IMG/VR virus record: IMGVR_UViG_3300049445_000092
Span: 1 to 56,018 of that record
Origin: a virus
Taxonomy: Duplodnaviria > Caudoviricetes
DNA length: 56,018 nucleotides
Direction: 5' to 3' (one strand)
The stretch's first letter is position 1. Each line of letters begins with the position of its first letter. The notes under the pieces were generated by a model, which was not told where the DNA came from, did not search any database, and worked only from the letters and a program-made list of their open reading frames with translations. The position numbers were made by a program, and so were the translations under genes. This document shows positions 1-8,725 of this stretch, piece by piece.

Positions 1-6
1 TTCATC

Positions 7-177
7 TCACTCCCCCAGTGCATGAGCCCCGGCGTGCAGCAGTTCGGCGTAGTGGCGTCGGATGTCGGGTGGTCTCGGTCGGTCGATCAGCAGACGACTG
101 AGCTTGTGGTCATCGACCAGATGGTCCCTCAGCTCGGCCCAGTCCCGGTCCATGGTGACGTGCTTGGAGAGCGTCAC
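7..177 (-). CDS. Hypothetical protein (56 aa)
   Basis: GTG start overlaps the stop of the upstream gene (GTGA); translated by hand as VTLSKHVTMDRDWAELRDHLVDDHKLS... Confidence 0.45.
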   Translation of the reverse strand: MTLSKHVTMDRDWAELRDHLVDDHKLSRLLIDRPRPPDIRRHYAELLHAGAHALGE

Positions 178-722
178 TCTTCGATCACCTCTGCTTCGAT
201 GACGTTCGCTTTCTGCGCTTCCCGGCGGCTAATCGTGGCTTCCATCTCGGCCGTTTCGGATTCCAGTTTGAGCGTGGCTTCGTAGAGCGTGGTCTCGTCC
301 ACCACCCAGACGATCTTCCGCATCGGGGCTTCGGTGCCGCCGACGCGGTCGATGCGTTCCATCACTCGGGTGAGCTGTTCCATGGCTCTGATCTGGCCCG
401 GTGCTCTCGGCGTCGTGGCCTGCTCCCATAGGGACTCCACCATCCCCTCGTAGCGCTGGAGCTGGAGGCTGCGGAGCTTGTCGGCATGGGCCAGCACCTG
501 TTCGTGGAGCCGTTCCATGGCGGCGCCCGTGCGCTCGTAGGCCGTGGAGAGGGCGATGTGCAGCTCCTTGGCGATCTTCATGTAGCTCAGGCCCTTGATC
601 CGAAGCTCCAGGCATTGCAGCTCGCGGGCCAGTGTCTGCGCGTCGCGTCCGGGGCGCGTCACGCCCTTGGTGTTGCCGCCCTTCGGATTCCGTTTGGTCG
701 GTTCGGGGACCGTCGTCGTCAC
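174..722 (-). CDS. HTH DNA-binding protein, probable terminase small subunit
   Basis: CLELRIKGLSYMKIAKELHIALSTAYER HTH followed by helical region ending MERIDRVGGTEAP, typical of actinophage terS-like proteins. Precedes terL if the genome is circular. Confidence 0.65.
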   Translation of the reverse strand: MTTTVPEPTKRNPKGGNTKGVTRPGRDAQTLARELQCLELRIKGLSYMKIAKELHIALSTAYERTGAAMERLHEQVLAHADKLRSLQLQRYEGMVESLWEQATTPRAPGQIRAMEQLTRVMERIDRVGGTEAPMRKIVWVVDETTLYEATLKLESETAEMEATISRREAQKANVIEAEVIEE

Positions 723-1036
723 GGGTTTGAGCGTACCGAATGGTCTGGGCCATTTTCGGCCTGGATTCGGGCTGTCGCGCCGGTCACCGGGTCGGTGAAG
801 ACCACCCAGCACTCGTCACCGGGATGGACGATCCGCACCGCGTCGTGGGCGATAAGCAGGCGTCGCAGCTCGGTCAGGGCGCCTCTCGCCTCGTCCCGCT
901 CGACCCGCAGCCGGGCCACCGTGATCTGGGCGTCCTCGATCTCCCGGTGCAGCCCTTGGGTGACCTCGGCCAGCTCCCGCCACTTCTGGCGCCAGAGGTC
1001 GCCGACTTCTTCGATCCGGTCGACCGAGTCCCTCAT
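719..1036 (-). CDS. Hypothetical coiled-coil protein
   Basis: ATGA overlap; MRDSVDRIEEVGDLWRQKWRELAEV... Confidence 0.6.
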   Translation of the reverse strand: MRDSVDRIEEVGDLWRQKWRELAEVTQGLHREIEDAQITVARLRVERDEARGALTELRRLLIAHDAVRIVHPGDECWVVFTDPVTGATARIQAENGPDHSVRSNP

Positions 1037-1251
1037 TCGGCCCACTCTACGGATTCCAGCATCAGCCGTTCGATGCCCGCGGCGATCTGGAGGCAGAAGC
1101 AGTGGGGCTGGCAGCCGTTCTCGTAGCAGGGCGGCGCCTTGGCGTCCGAGTAGGCCATCGCCCTGGTGCCGGGCCAGTGCTCGCTGGCGTACTTGCCGCA
1201 CCAGCACGCCTTTGTCCGACTATTGCGCTTGAAGGGGTGTCCCTCGTCCAT
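1033..1251 (-). CDS. Small Cys/His-rich hypothetical protein
   Basis: Good SD (AGGAG); H...CWCG...H and C...C..HC motifs. Confidence 0.6.
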   Translation of the reverse strand: MDEGHPFKRNSRTKACWCGKYASEHWPGTRAMAYSDAKAPPCYENGCQPHCFCLQIAAGIERLMLESVEWAE

Positions 1252-1275
1252 TGGGTTCTCCTGTCTCGGGGTGAT

Positions 1276-1452
1276 TCACTCGGCGCCTGTCCGGTAGCGC
1301 AGCTCGCCCGCCTTGGCTTGCACGGCAAGGCCCCAGGTCTCGATCTGGCCCGCCCGGTGGTGTACTGCCCATCCCAGGCGGTAGAGGGCCTCAGAGAGCC
1401 GTATAGCGGCCTCTCCGGTGATCCTGAGCACATCGCGCTTCACCGGGGTCAC
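1276..1452 (-). CDS. Hypothetical protein
   Basis: GTGA overlap within a packed operon. Confidence 0.5.
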   Translation of the reverse strand: MTPVKRDVLRITGEAAIRLSEALYRLGWAVHHRAGQIETWGLAVQAKAGELRYRTGAE

Positions 1453-1724
1453 GGGTAGCGGGTCGGGCCGCGCGGAGCCAGCAGCGGGCACTCGGCCTGG
1501 TGGATGACGTTCAGGATCCGGTAGATGCGGTCGCCCTCCTCCATGAAGCCGTGGCCGAAGACGATCTCGGCGCAGGTGCAGCCCTTGGCCCGGTCGTGCC
1601 GCGCCAGGTGCTCGGCCACCTCCATGGACACCTCCTCGTCCTTGAAGATGACCAGACCCAGATCCTCCAGATGATGGGGTTCACGGCCGGGGAGCAGATC
1701 CCAGATGCGGCGGTCCTCGGTCAC
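1449..1724 (-). CDS. Hypothetical protein
   Basis: GTGA overlap; CTC...H...C motif. Confidence 0.55.
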   Translation of the reverse strand: MTEDRRIWDLLPGREPHHLEDLGLVIFKDEEVSMEVAEHLARHDRAKGCTCAEIVFGHGFMEEGDRIYRILNVIHQAECPLLAPRGPTRYP

Positions 1725-2272
1725 ACACACGCCCATATCTGCCAGCGGTAGGCGTGGGGCCTGTCGTCGTGGATCTCGAAGTGCCGGGCGCTCCACCCGG
1801 ACTTGTCGATCAGCCAGGCGATGTCGATGGGGTCCCACTGCCAGATGTGCTCCCGGTTGCCGCTGTCGTCGTACTCGACGTTGCACCAGGGGGTTGACAG
1901 CAGGAGGCTGTCGAAGCGGTCTCGGATGGCGCAGAGGGCCTCTGAAGGGTCGTTGAGGTGCTCCAGTGTCTCGCTGAAGACGAAGAGCCCGCCGGGTTCG
2001 ACCTGGGTGATGGTCTCGGCCAGCGGGCCGGTGAACTCGTAGCCCGGCGCCAGGTCGCCCAGTTGGAGCCGGTCGGCTTCCAGGCCCCGTGGAATCTGGG
2101 CGCCGTCACCACAGCTCAGGTCGGTCACCTGCTCCTGGCGCCCAAACCAACGGCGTCCGAGGTCGATGGTGATCTGAATCCGCTTCTGGTGGGCGGCGCA
2201 GGAGCCGTCGTGGGGCCGGGCGTACATCCGGGCCAGCTCTTCGGGGTCGGGGAATTCCCGCAGGCGCCTCAC
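1721..2272 (-). CDS. Class I SAM-dependent methyltransferase
   Basis: Motif I VTDLSCGDG; FSETLEHLNDP and LLLSTP motifs. Confidence 0.75.
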   Translation of the reverse strand: MRRLREFPDPEELARMYARPHDGSCAAHQKRIQITIDLGRRWFGRQEQVTDLSCGDGAQIPRGLEADRLQLGDLAPGYEFTGPLAETITQVEPGGLFVFSETLEHLNDPSEALCAIRDRFDSLLLSTPWCNVEYDDSGNREHIWQWDPIDIAWLIDKSGWSARHFEIHDDRPHAYRWQIWACV

Positions 2273-3387
2273 GGCAGCTCCTCGAAGCGTTCGACGGTCA
2301 GGAACATGGGACCAACCTTTCGCAGGGCCAATTCCGCATTGCGCTCATCGAGTTCGATCCCGAGAGCGTCGCGCCCGTGGCCCGTGGCGACGGCCAGCAC
2401 TGTCCCAGTGCCGCAGAACGGATCAACTACCAGCCCACGCCGATACGCGTTGTGCTGACAATCGGTCCAGCCGGTGGTGGCGACCGTCTTCGTGGCCCGG
2501 CCCAGCCGCATGGCCTGGGCACTGCCGTGGACATCCCCGGATGCCACGAACGCCTTGACCCGCGCCTCGCTCTTCTGGACCACCGGGTCACGCTGGGCTT
2601 CGTACTCCACGTCGATGATCCGCTCGCTGGGCCTGCCACACGCGGTGCAGACGCGCTCGGGACACATCGTCGCGATCGGAATCACGCACAGCTCGTCAGG
2701 AAAGGTGGCGAAGTGGCCGCTGGCTTGGGCTTGTGTCGGGATCCGCCAGGTGTCCTGCTGGGGGGAGCCGTTCCCGTTCAGGGCTGCTTGGGCGTCGAAG
2801 TAGCGGGTGGTGTGCTTGCAAGCGATCGCCATGTCGCTCGTAGCGGGCCTGTACTTGTCGCTGAGGATCGACGGCATGGGGTTGGGACGCCACCACCGGA
2901 CGACGTTGCGGACCCGCCAGCGGGGCGTCTGGCGCCCTGTGAGGGGGTTCTGACCGTAGGCCAGGGTGACCCGGAACAGCTCGGGGATCATGGTGACGCT
3001 CTTCGGCAGGGGCCACGCTTCGCGGTTGGCGCGGGCACGCTTGGCGCTGCCGTGCTCAGGATCGGGCTGGCCGTCCCGCCAGCCACCGGGCTGGTAGTCG
3101 CCGCCGCTGCCCCCGGATCCGCTGTAGGTGTCGCCCAGCTCGACGCAGAGGCTGCCGTGCGGCGCCAGGACGCGCCCGCATTCCTCGATGACCTCCATCA
3201 GGGCGTCGATGTACTCGCCCGGCGTCGCCTCCTGACCGATCTCCATCGGCTTCAGCGGATGATCGTCGTCCAGGTAGCTACGCAGCGCGATGAACGGCGG
3301 GCTGAAAAGGAACATATCGGCCGAGTCGTCGGGCAGGGACGCCAGGACGCTCAGGGCATCGCCGATCAGATAGGTGGCGTGGCTCAC
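2269..3387 (-). CDS. Site-specific DNA methyltransferase (N4-C/N6-A, beta class)
   Basis: N-terminal catalytic FSPPF (SPPY-like), HFATFP, C-terminal SAM-binding VVDPFCGTGT...GIEL. Confidence 0.9.
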   Translation of the reverse strand: MSHATYLIGDALSVLASLPDDSADMFLFSPPFIALRSYLDDDHPLKPMEIGQEATPGEYIDALMEVIEECGRVLAPHGSLCVELGDTYSGSGGSGGDYQPGGWRDGQPDPEHGSAKRARANREAWPLPKSVTMIPELFRVTLAYGQNPLTGRQTPRWRVRNVVRWWRPNPMPSILSDKYRPATSDMAIACKHTTRYFDAQAALNGNGSPQQDTWRIPTQAQASGHFATFPDELCVIPIATMCPERVCTACGRPSERIIDVEYEAQRDPVVQKSEARVKAFVASGDVHGSAQAMRLGRATKTVATTGWTDCQHNAYRRGLVVDPFCGTGTVLAVATGHGRDALGIELDERNAELALRKVGPMFLTVERFEELP

Positions 3388-3584
3388 TGGTCCCCTTCGT
3401 AGGTCAGTTCGACCACCTTGGTGGCGCATGGTGCTGAGCAGATATCGAAGGTGTCGGGCTTGTTCTCCCGGCCCTTCTGGCGCACATGCAGCCGCCGCCA
3501 GTTCTCGGGGATGGCCCGTGTGGATCCTTCGACCACGACGGTGGCGCCGCAGCCGTCACACCGGACTGAACGGCCCAACGTCAT
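3384..3584 (-). CDS. Small zinc-binding hypothetical protein
   Basis: CDGC...DICSAPC. Confidence 0.6.
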   Translation of the reverse strand: MTLGRSVRCDGCGATVVVEGSTRAIPENWRRLHVRQKGRENKPDTFDICSAPCATKVVELTYEGDQ

Positions 3585-3702
3585 CCTCGTCCTCCTCGCA
3601 ATGATGTTCGTCCAGCCAGAGCTGGGCCGTGGCGCCGTCCTCGAACGGCTGGCTGACGGCGTCGCAGGCGAAGCACTCCACGAAGATGCGGATCTTGCTC
3701 AC
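3556..3702 (-). CDS. Small hypothetical protein
   Basis: GTGA overlap; CFAC...W..EH motif. Confidence 0.5.
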   Translation of the reverse strand: MSKIRIFVECFACDAVSQPFEDGATAQLWLDEHHCEEDEDDVGPFSPV

Positions 3703-3917
3703 TTGGTCTCGACGTAGTTGTGGCGGGCGCGGATGACCAGCGCTCCCACGATCCACACGGCCAGAGCGATGAAGAACGGCCACGCGCTGCGAACCGATCC
3801 GCTCAGCAACAGCCAGGGCGTCATCCAGATTCCAAAGAGCAGGGCCTTGCCGTCCAGCGTGCCCCGGCGGTGCCGGGGTTGACGACGCAGCAGCAGCCAG
3901 AGGGCGATCAGGAACAT
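3699..3917 (-). CDS. Small membrane protein
   Basis: Hydrophobic segments; TGATG overlap. Confidence 0.55.
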   Translation of the reverse strand: MFLIALWLLLRRQPRHRRGTLDGKALLFGIWMTPWLLLSGSVRSAWPFFIALAVWIVGALVIRARHNYVETK

Positions 3918-4153
3918 CAGATCCGCCACTGGTTGGCGTCGGGGCAGCTGGCAAAATGCGATCGGTAGCGGGGGGGGTCGACACCTTGACGGGGGAAGTT
4001 CCACGCGACCTTGTCCATGACCCCAGTCTCGGTGTCCCAGTCGACCGCGATGTTGCCGCCAGGGACCGGATCAGCATCCAGCGGCATCTGCTTGCCGCCA
4101 GGCTTCATCGTGATCCAACGCACCGTGGCCCCGCACGAACGACACGCGGCCAT
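3917..4153 (-). CDS. Conserved phage zinc-binding protein
   Basis: CRSCGATVRW...GKQMPLDADP...SHFASCPDA, a motif pattern common in phage hypothetical proteins. Confidence 0.7.
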   Translation of the reverse strand: MAACRSCGATVRWITMKPGGKQMPLDADPVPGGNIAVDWDTETGVMDKVAWNFPRQGVDPPRYRSHFASCPDANQWRI

Positions 4154-4452
4154 CAGCTCAGCCCCTGCGCGCCCACGATGGCAACCGACGGCGGGATGGC
4201 GTGGCACTCATCGCACCAGTAGCTGGAGCTGACGCTGCCGTCCCGGTTGTTGGGCTTGGCCCAGACGTGGAGCCCACCGGCCTCGCAGGGCTCGTAGAGC
4301 AGCAGTGTGCGGCGGTTCAGGGCGACGGTCTTGGCGTGCTCCTCGTCGGACGCGATGAACGCCCAGAACTCACGGGGGTCGTAGTAGCAGATGAGGCTGT
4401 TGTTACGGGCGAACTCCATCGCCGGGGCCGGTAGATGAAAGAAGTGCTTCAT
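4153..4452 (-). CDS. Hypothetical protein
   Basis: TGATG overlaps at both ends; C..H...CDEC. Confidence 0.55.
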   Translation of the reverse strand: MKHFFHLPAPAMEFARNNSLICYYDPREFWAFIASDEEHAKTVALNRRTLLLYEPCEAGGLHVWAKPNNRDGSVSSSYWCDECHAIPPSVAIVGAQGLS

Positions 4453-4667
4453 CAGTGCGTCGCTTTCAGCAGGGCCACGTCTTGGCGCAGCTCTTGAATG
4501 TGAACGTCCATCATTTCAATGCGCCTGCCCATCCGTTCCTCGCTCTGGTCGATCCGTCTGCTCAGTTCGATGAGCTGCTGGCCGAAGAAGTACACGATGC
4601 CCAGCGTCGTTCCGAGGAACGCCACCGACACGGTGATGAAGACGGTCAGTGTCGCGGCGGTGCTCAT
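4452..4667 (-). CDS. Membrane-anchored coiled-coil protein
   Basis: N-terminal TM helix followed by LSRRIDQSEERMGRRIEMMD heptads. Confidence 0.6.
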   Translation of the reverse strand: MSTAATLTVFITVSVAFLGTTLGIVYFFGQQLIELSRRIDQSEERMGRRIEMMDVHIQELRQDVALLKATH

Positions 4668-5014
4668 CGTGCGGCCTTTCGTGCGTGGTCGCGCTCGGCG
4701 CACTGCCGGGCGCTCGGTTCGTCGTCGTAGATGCCCTTGCACACCGGGCAGCGCCAGCCGCCCCCTGGTGTCTCGCTCGGGTTGGTGTAGAGCAGGATCC
4801 GCCCACCGCGGCGCACGGTCTCGCTCCCGGCGGGCCGTGTGAGCTTCATCCGCCTGCGGCAGCCTCCACAGGTCGCCCACGCCCCCGCGGGCTGCTCCTC
4901 GCCGACGGTGAAGGTCTTCAGCCGCTTGCCGCAGAGCGTCCGCTTGGGGGCGTCCTGGGCCACCAGATGGATGGTGCCGGTGTCCGCGTTCTCGATGTGG
5001 TCGTAGGCGGTCAT
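4664..5014 (-). CDS. Zinc-finger hypothetical protein
   Basis: H...TLCG...CGGC and CPVC...C...H. Confidence 0.6.
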   Translation of the reverse strand: MTAYDHIENADTGTIHLVAQDAPKRTLCGKRLKTFTVGEEQPAGAWATCGGCRRRMKLTRPAGSETVRRGGRILLYTNPSETPGGGWRCPVCKGIYDDEPSARQCAERDHARKAAR

Positions 5015-5226
5015 CGGCGTGCCCGATTGCGGGGGTACTTCCAGTCCTGACCGAAGCGGTCAGGGAAGGCGTAGGCGTCGGGGTCGACGGGCTCCTCGTA
5101 GTCGTCGTCAGGAACGACGATCTCGATCTGGCGCATGAGCCGGGCACGCCCGGCGACATCGTCGGGCATCAGCTCGACCAGGCGTTGGCACTCGGCCTGG
5201 TACTCGGCGGGCGTCATCTGGGTCAT
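5011..5226 (-). CDS. Hypothetical protein
   Basis: ATGA overlaps. Confidence 0.55.
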   Translation of the reverse strand: MTQMTPAEYQAECQRLVELMPDDVAGRARLMRQIEIVVPDDDYEEPVDPDAYAFPDRFGQDWKYPRNRARR

Positions 5227-5360
5227 CGCTCGTCCTCGGGATCGAACGCCTCGGTGTGCTCACAGGCACCCAGCTGGAACGCCGCGCAGCAGACATCGGG
5301 ATCGGCGTCCCACAGGGCGGGGCCTTGACCGAAGCGCTCTTCGGCTTCGTGCAGGTTCAT
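5223..5360 (-). CDS. Small acidic protein (45 aa, not in ORF track)
   Basis: MNLHEAEERFGQGPALWDADPDVCCAAFQLGACEHTEAFDPEDER; SD GAGG; first gene after promoter at 5391..5419; ATGA overlap with next gene. Confidence 0.6.
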   Translation of the reverse strand: MNLHEAEERFGQGPALWDADPDVCCAAFQLGACEHTEAFDPEDER

Positions 5361-5390
5361 GGCTTCCTCTCGTATCGGGGTGACAGCTCG

Positions 5391-5419
5391 ATCATAGGGT
5401 CCGCGGACCCCAGGATCAA
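5391..5419 (-). promoter_or_regulatory. Sigma70-type promoter with palindromic operator in the spacer
   Basis: TTGATC-N17-TATGAT; spacer contains perfect palindrome GGGTCCGCGGACCC. Confidence 0.75.
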
Positions 5420-5667
5420 GCCAGCTCGGTGATGGCCCGGTAGGCGGCTTCGGCGTAGTCGCCCAGGCTGACGCCCTGGTCGGCGATGTTGTCCATCGCC
5501 TGCTCGGCCTTCTTCAGGTAGTAGTCGGGCATGGTCTCGGGGATGCCCACGACTTGAAGGGCGATGACGGCCAGCTGCTTGAACTCCAGCGGCCCCCTGG
5601 ACGCCTCCAGGGCGTCCACGAAGCGGGCCGTGATGACATCCACGAAGGTGAAGCTCTCGGCGGTCAC
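5416..5667 (-). CDS. Hypothetical protein
   Basis: GTGA overlap; plausible helical protein. Confidence 0.55.
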   Translation of the reverse strand: MTAESFTFVDVITARFVDALEASRGPLEFKQLAVIALQVVGIPETMPDYYLKKAEQAMDNIADQGVSLGDYAEAAYRAITELA

Positions 5668-6563
5668 TGGGCCACCTCCACAAGCTCGATCTTCGGGGCG
5701 GGCTGGACGGTGACCTTCGTCGGGCGCTTGCCGAAGGCGAAGGCGGGATCCCGGTCGCTGACCGTGAGGTTGGCGGTCAGGGTGACCGTGTCGCCCCGCT
5801 CCACGTCCACGTTGGTGGGGACGGTGACCCAGCACAGCCAGATTCCCTCCGGCGTGGTGACCTTGACGGTCATCTTGAGCTGGCTCCCGTAGTAGCCCTC
5901 GTGGAGCTTCCGGCCCACCACCGTGCCGGTGAAGGTCTGGCGCCCGGCGGGGGCGTCGACCTTGACCTCTTCGGGGGCGTCGGCCTGGTTGACCTTCTCG
6001 GCTTCCCGGTCGATCACCTTCACGATGGCTGCGAGCTGGCGCTCGCTCAGGGTGCCGTAGAGGCGCCCCTTACGCAGCACGTCCTTCACGAAGTCGTTCG
6101 TGCTGGCGTCCAGGGCCTCCCAGTCGGCCGCGTGCTCGGCCCGGTAGGTGTTCCACCCCTGAAGGATCTTCTGAGCCTCACGGTCCAGCTGAGCCTGCTT
6201 GCGGAGGCGGTCGAAGGTCGCCTTGTCATAGGTGAACCGGCCCTCGGCGCAGGTCTCGCCCACCGCGATGTGGTCGCCCGTGGGGCCGTGGCGGAAGACG
6301 CCGACGTAGCGGATCCGGGCGCCACAGTGATCGCACTGCCAGCAGGTGCCGTAGGCGGCGGTCTTGCTGACCTCGACCAGGCCCCGCAGCCAGCGGTACT
6401 CGGCGTTCAGCCAGTTCGTGCCGATCTGCTCGGTGCCGTCGTCCATGGTGTAGGTCTGGGGGTCGCCCATGAACGATCCGGGGGCGGGGCTGTTGTCGAA
6501 GCCTCCCACCCAGGTGTACTGCTCCGGGTCGAACTCGGCGGGGCGGTGGATGTCGGTTCGCAT
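5664..6563 (-). CDS. Hypothetical protein with zinc-binding motif and C-terminal OB-fold-like region
   Basis: CDHCGARIRY...VGETC; LSERQLAAI; beta-rich C-terminus (RQTFTGTVV...RGDTVTLTANL...FGKRPTK); SD AAGGAG. Confidence 0.7.
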   Translation of the reverse strand: MRTDIHRPAEFDPEQYTWVGGFDNSPAPGSFMGDPQTYTMDDGTEQIGTNWLNAEYRWLRGLVEVSKTAAYGTCWQCDHCGARIRYVGVFRHGPTGDHIAVGETCAEGRFTYDKATFDRLRKQAQLDREAQKILQGWNTYRAEHAADWEALDASTNDFVKDVLRKGRLYGTLSERQLAAIVKVIDREAEKVNQADAPEEVKVDAPAGRQTFTGTVVGRKLHEGYYGSQLKMTVKVTTPEGIWLCWVTVPTNVDVERGDTVTLTANLTVSDRDPAFAFGKRPTKVTVQPAPKIELVEVAQ

Positions 6564-6593
6564 TGCTGCTCCTTGTGTCGGGGTGACGCCGTC

Positions 6594-6623
6594 ATCATAG
6601 GGGTCCGGGGACCCCTCGGTCAA
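6594..6623 (-). promoter_or_regulatory. Sigma70-type promoter with palindromic operator
   Basis: TTGACC-N18-TATGAT; spacer GGGGTCC-CC-GGACCCC. Confidence 0.75.
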
Positions 6624-6847
6624 GTCGTCGGCTCCCCCGCTTCGATCTGGCGGACGTTACGGGCGAAGTGGCGCCAGGCCCGCACGTCGCTGGATGTCGC
6701 CGCCGTGAACACCGACCGCCCACTGGGGTGGGTGACGCGGACGTGATTCCCTCCGGTCATGCTGACCGTCCAGCCGCGTCTAACCAGTTGGCGGATCAGC
6801 TTGCGGTGCTCGCCCTTGATCCCGCTGATGAGACTGTCGGTGCTCAT
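6620..6847 (-). CDS. hicA: HicA-like mRNA interferase family protein
   Basis: RKLIRQLVRRGWTVSMTGGNHVRVTHPSG matches the HicA GW...G.H pattern; 75 aa. Confidence 0.7.
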   Translation of the reverse strand: MSTDSLISGIKGEHRKLIRQLVRRGWTVSMTGGNHVRVTHPSGRSVFTAATSSDVRAWRHFARNVRQIEAGEPTT

Positions 6848-7173
6848 AGCGTGGCGTTGGGATCGGGACAGTTGGCGGCAATGAAGCGACCGACCCGCTG
6901 GACACGCCCGGTGGTGGTGGTAAGAGCGCCGGTCGCGCTGAGATCATCGGCTGCCGCCCGAAGATCGGCCCGAATCCTGCCATCGGGAACTTCAGCAGCC
7001 AGCTCTCTGAGTCGACTCGCTTCTTCGGTAGCCGAAAGCGTGGGGCCAGAGTGGTGCGCCACCAGATCGTTGCAGAACGCCGCTGTGCTCGCCTCGGTGC
7101 CGCTAGAGCAGCTCGCCAGCGTTGTTGCTCCCAGCAGCAGCGCTCCAGACAGCACCCATTTCGCTGCTCTCAT
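6844..7173 (-). CDS. Lipoprotein
   Basis: Signal peptide with lipobox LASC, followed by AAFC motif. Confidence 0.7.
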   Translation of the reverse strand: MRAAKWVLSGALLLGATTLASCSSGTEASTAAFCNDLVAHHSGPTLSATEEASRLRELAAEVPDGRIRADLRAAADDLSATGALTTTTGRVQRVGRFIAANCPDPNATL

Positions 7174-7388
7174 CGGATCCGCTCCGCGTTGCCCATCACG
7201 TCGGCGGCGTAGACATCGCCCAGCTCACCGTTGGGACAGATTGGCGTAACCACGTCGCAGAACCAGCGGGCGTAGGGCTTGGTGTCATCGGCGGCGTACT
7301 TCTTCAGGACGAACCACGTCCAGTCACCGGCCTGCCAGACCTCGTAGGCATCGGCGCGCTTCACCGTCTTGGCACAGAGATTCTTCAT
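7170..7388 (-). CDS. Hypothetical protein (possibly DUF2958-like)
   Basis: WTWFVL...WFC.V....ELGDVY pattern. Confidence 0.6.
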   Translation of the reverse strand: MKNLCAKTVKRADAYEVWQAGDWTWFVLKKYAADDTKPYARWFCDVVTPICPNGELGDVYAADVMGNAERIR

Positions 7389-7867
7389 GCGTCCCTCAGT
7401 CCTGACTGGATGATGTCGTCCGACGCGACACTCTCGTCGGCTTGCGCCTGGTGCATCGCCGTCAGATCCAGGTTCGCCACGCCTTCGCTGCCAAGACCAG
7501 CCGAGATCTGCATCTCGGAGAATCCCTCCGAGAGAAACGTCTTCGGCTGACCGGCCTCCAGATCGTTGAGATCAGCCAACAGCTGCGTGGACTCCGTACC
7601 GATCTGATCGAAGTCCGTCTTCTCCGTCGCCAGGTCAGTGCTGGTTTGCATGGCGGTCGCCGTGTCGATCATGGCTTGCAGATCCACGGTGTGGACCAGC
7701 TTCCACTGGCTCAACGTGAACACGGGGGCCTTCTGGTGATACGGCGGCTTGGGCTTGTGGTGATGGTGGCGCTTCGGTGCTGACGCACCGGCAGCGGATG
7801 CGGTGAGACCCACCGCGGCAATGCACAGCACGCTGACAGCGCGCGTGACGGTCTTGGGGTTCTTCAT
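7385..7867 (-). CDS. Secreted protein
   Basis: Sec signal peptide (MKNPKTVTRAVSVLCIAAVGLTASAAGA), His/Lys-rich linker, helical mature part; SD AAGGAG. Confidence 0.7.
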   Translation of the reverse strand: MKNPKTVTRAVSVLCIAAVGLTASAAGASAPKRHHHHKPKPPYHQKAPVFTLSQWKLVHTVDLQAMIDTATAMQTSTDLATEKTDFDQIGTESTQLLADLNDLEAGQPKTFLSEGFSEMQISAGLGSEGVANLDLTAMHQAQADESVASDDIIQSGLRDA

Positions 7868-7898
7868 TGGTTCTCCTTTGTAGCGGGGTGATGGGTAA

Positions 7899-7927
7899 AC
7901 CGTAGGGGTCTCAGGACCCAGAGTCAA
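7899..7927 (-). promoter_or_regulatory. Sigma70-type promoter with imperfect operator
   Basis: TTGACT-N17-TACGGT; spacer GGGTCC-TG-AGACCC. Confidence 0.65.
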
Positions 7928-7928
7928 G

Positions 7929-8237
7929 TCAGGGATCATCCCCGGACGCTGTCACCCAGCCCCACCACTTCCGCTCGATGAACGTGGCGAAGCACCCCCA
8001 CTCCGTGCCCACCTGTCCCACCTCGCATCGGACCACAACGTCGGGAGCGACCGTCCGCAGACGTTTGCGGATCTGCTGATTCCGGTTCATCGCCTTCGAC
8101 CGCGTCGGGAAGGTGAAGAGCCGGAACGTCAGGCCCGGATTGCGCTCCAACCGCGGAAGCAGCAGCTCTTCCCAGCGAACCGGCTGCGGACCACGACGAT
8201 TCCCCGGCGACTCTCCCTGCACCCATTCGATCTGCAT
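7929..8237 (-). CDS. Hypothetical protein
   Basis: TGATG overlap; 102 aa. Confidence 0.55.
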   Translation of the reverse strand: MQIEWVQGESPGNRRGPQPVRWEELLLPRLERNPGLTFRLFTFPTRSKAMNRNQQIRKRLRTVAPDVVVRCEVGQVGTEWGCFATFIERKWWGWVTASGDDP

Positions 8238-8479
8238 CAGCTTCCCCCCTCTTCAACCACGCGCAGTTCGGCCCGACGCCAGTCTTCGACCATCGAACGG
8301 TGCAGCGCCTCCCACGCTTCTTCCTGAGCGGCCTCAGTGTCGGCCATGCACCGTTCGATGGCTGGGGTGCTACGCCCGGCCCGGAGGGCCTCATGGAAGA
8401 CGTGAGTGGCCGCTCGTTCGACCACGGCGGCGTCGGCCCACTTGATCCGCAGCGCCTTCGTCCGCTCGCTGTCAGTCAC
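8237..8479 (-). CDS. Hypothetical protein
   Basis: GTG start with GGAGG SD; packed operon. Confidence 0.5.
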   Translation of the reverse strand: MTDSERTKALRIKWADAAVVERAATHVFHEALRAGRSTPAIERCMADTEAAQEEAWEALHRSMVEDWRRAELRVVEEGGS

Positions 8480-8693
8480 CGGCCTCCTTCGCCAACAGGT
8501 TGTCGATGGCCTTCCTGACCTGCTGCTTGTCGGTCCCGCCCTCACGGGCGATCCGCAGCTTGGGGACACCGGCCTCGAACATCGCCAGGTAGTCGCGGTG
8601 CTGCTCCTCGAACAGATCGGCCAGCCGGGTCTTGGCGGCTTCGATCTTCACGCGCCGCGAACGGACGCGGCGGGTCAGCTGGTCGGTGGTCAT
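8472..8693 (-). CDS. Small HTH DNA-binding protein
   Basis: AGVPKLRIAREGGTDKQQVRKAI HTH pattern; strong SD GGAGG. Confidence 0.65.
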   Translation of the reverse strand: MTTDQLTRRVRSRRVKIEAAKTRLADLFEEQHRDYLAMFEAGVPKLRIAREGGTDKQQVRKAIDNLLAKEAGD

Positions 8694-8725
8694 GGTGTTC
8701 CTCCGTAGTTGCGGGGTGGTCACTG

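Noticed and set aside
3-12. Terminal 10-bp repeat as an att core of an integrated prophage
   Set aside because: No integrase and no flanking host DNA; more simply an assembly overlap or chance match
3970-3977. Poly-G tracts (here and near 35265..35272) as phase-variation sites
   Set aside because: Both lie in intact reading frames encoding Pro runs; no sign of frameshift
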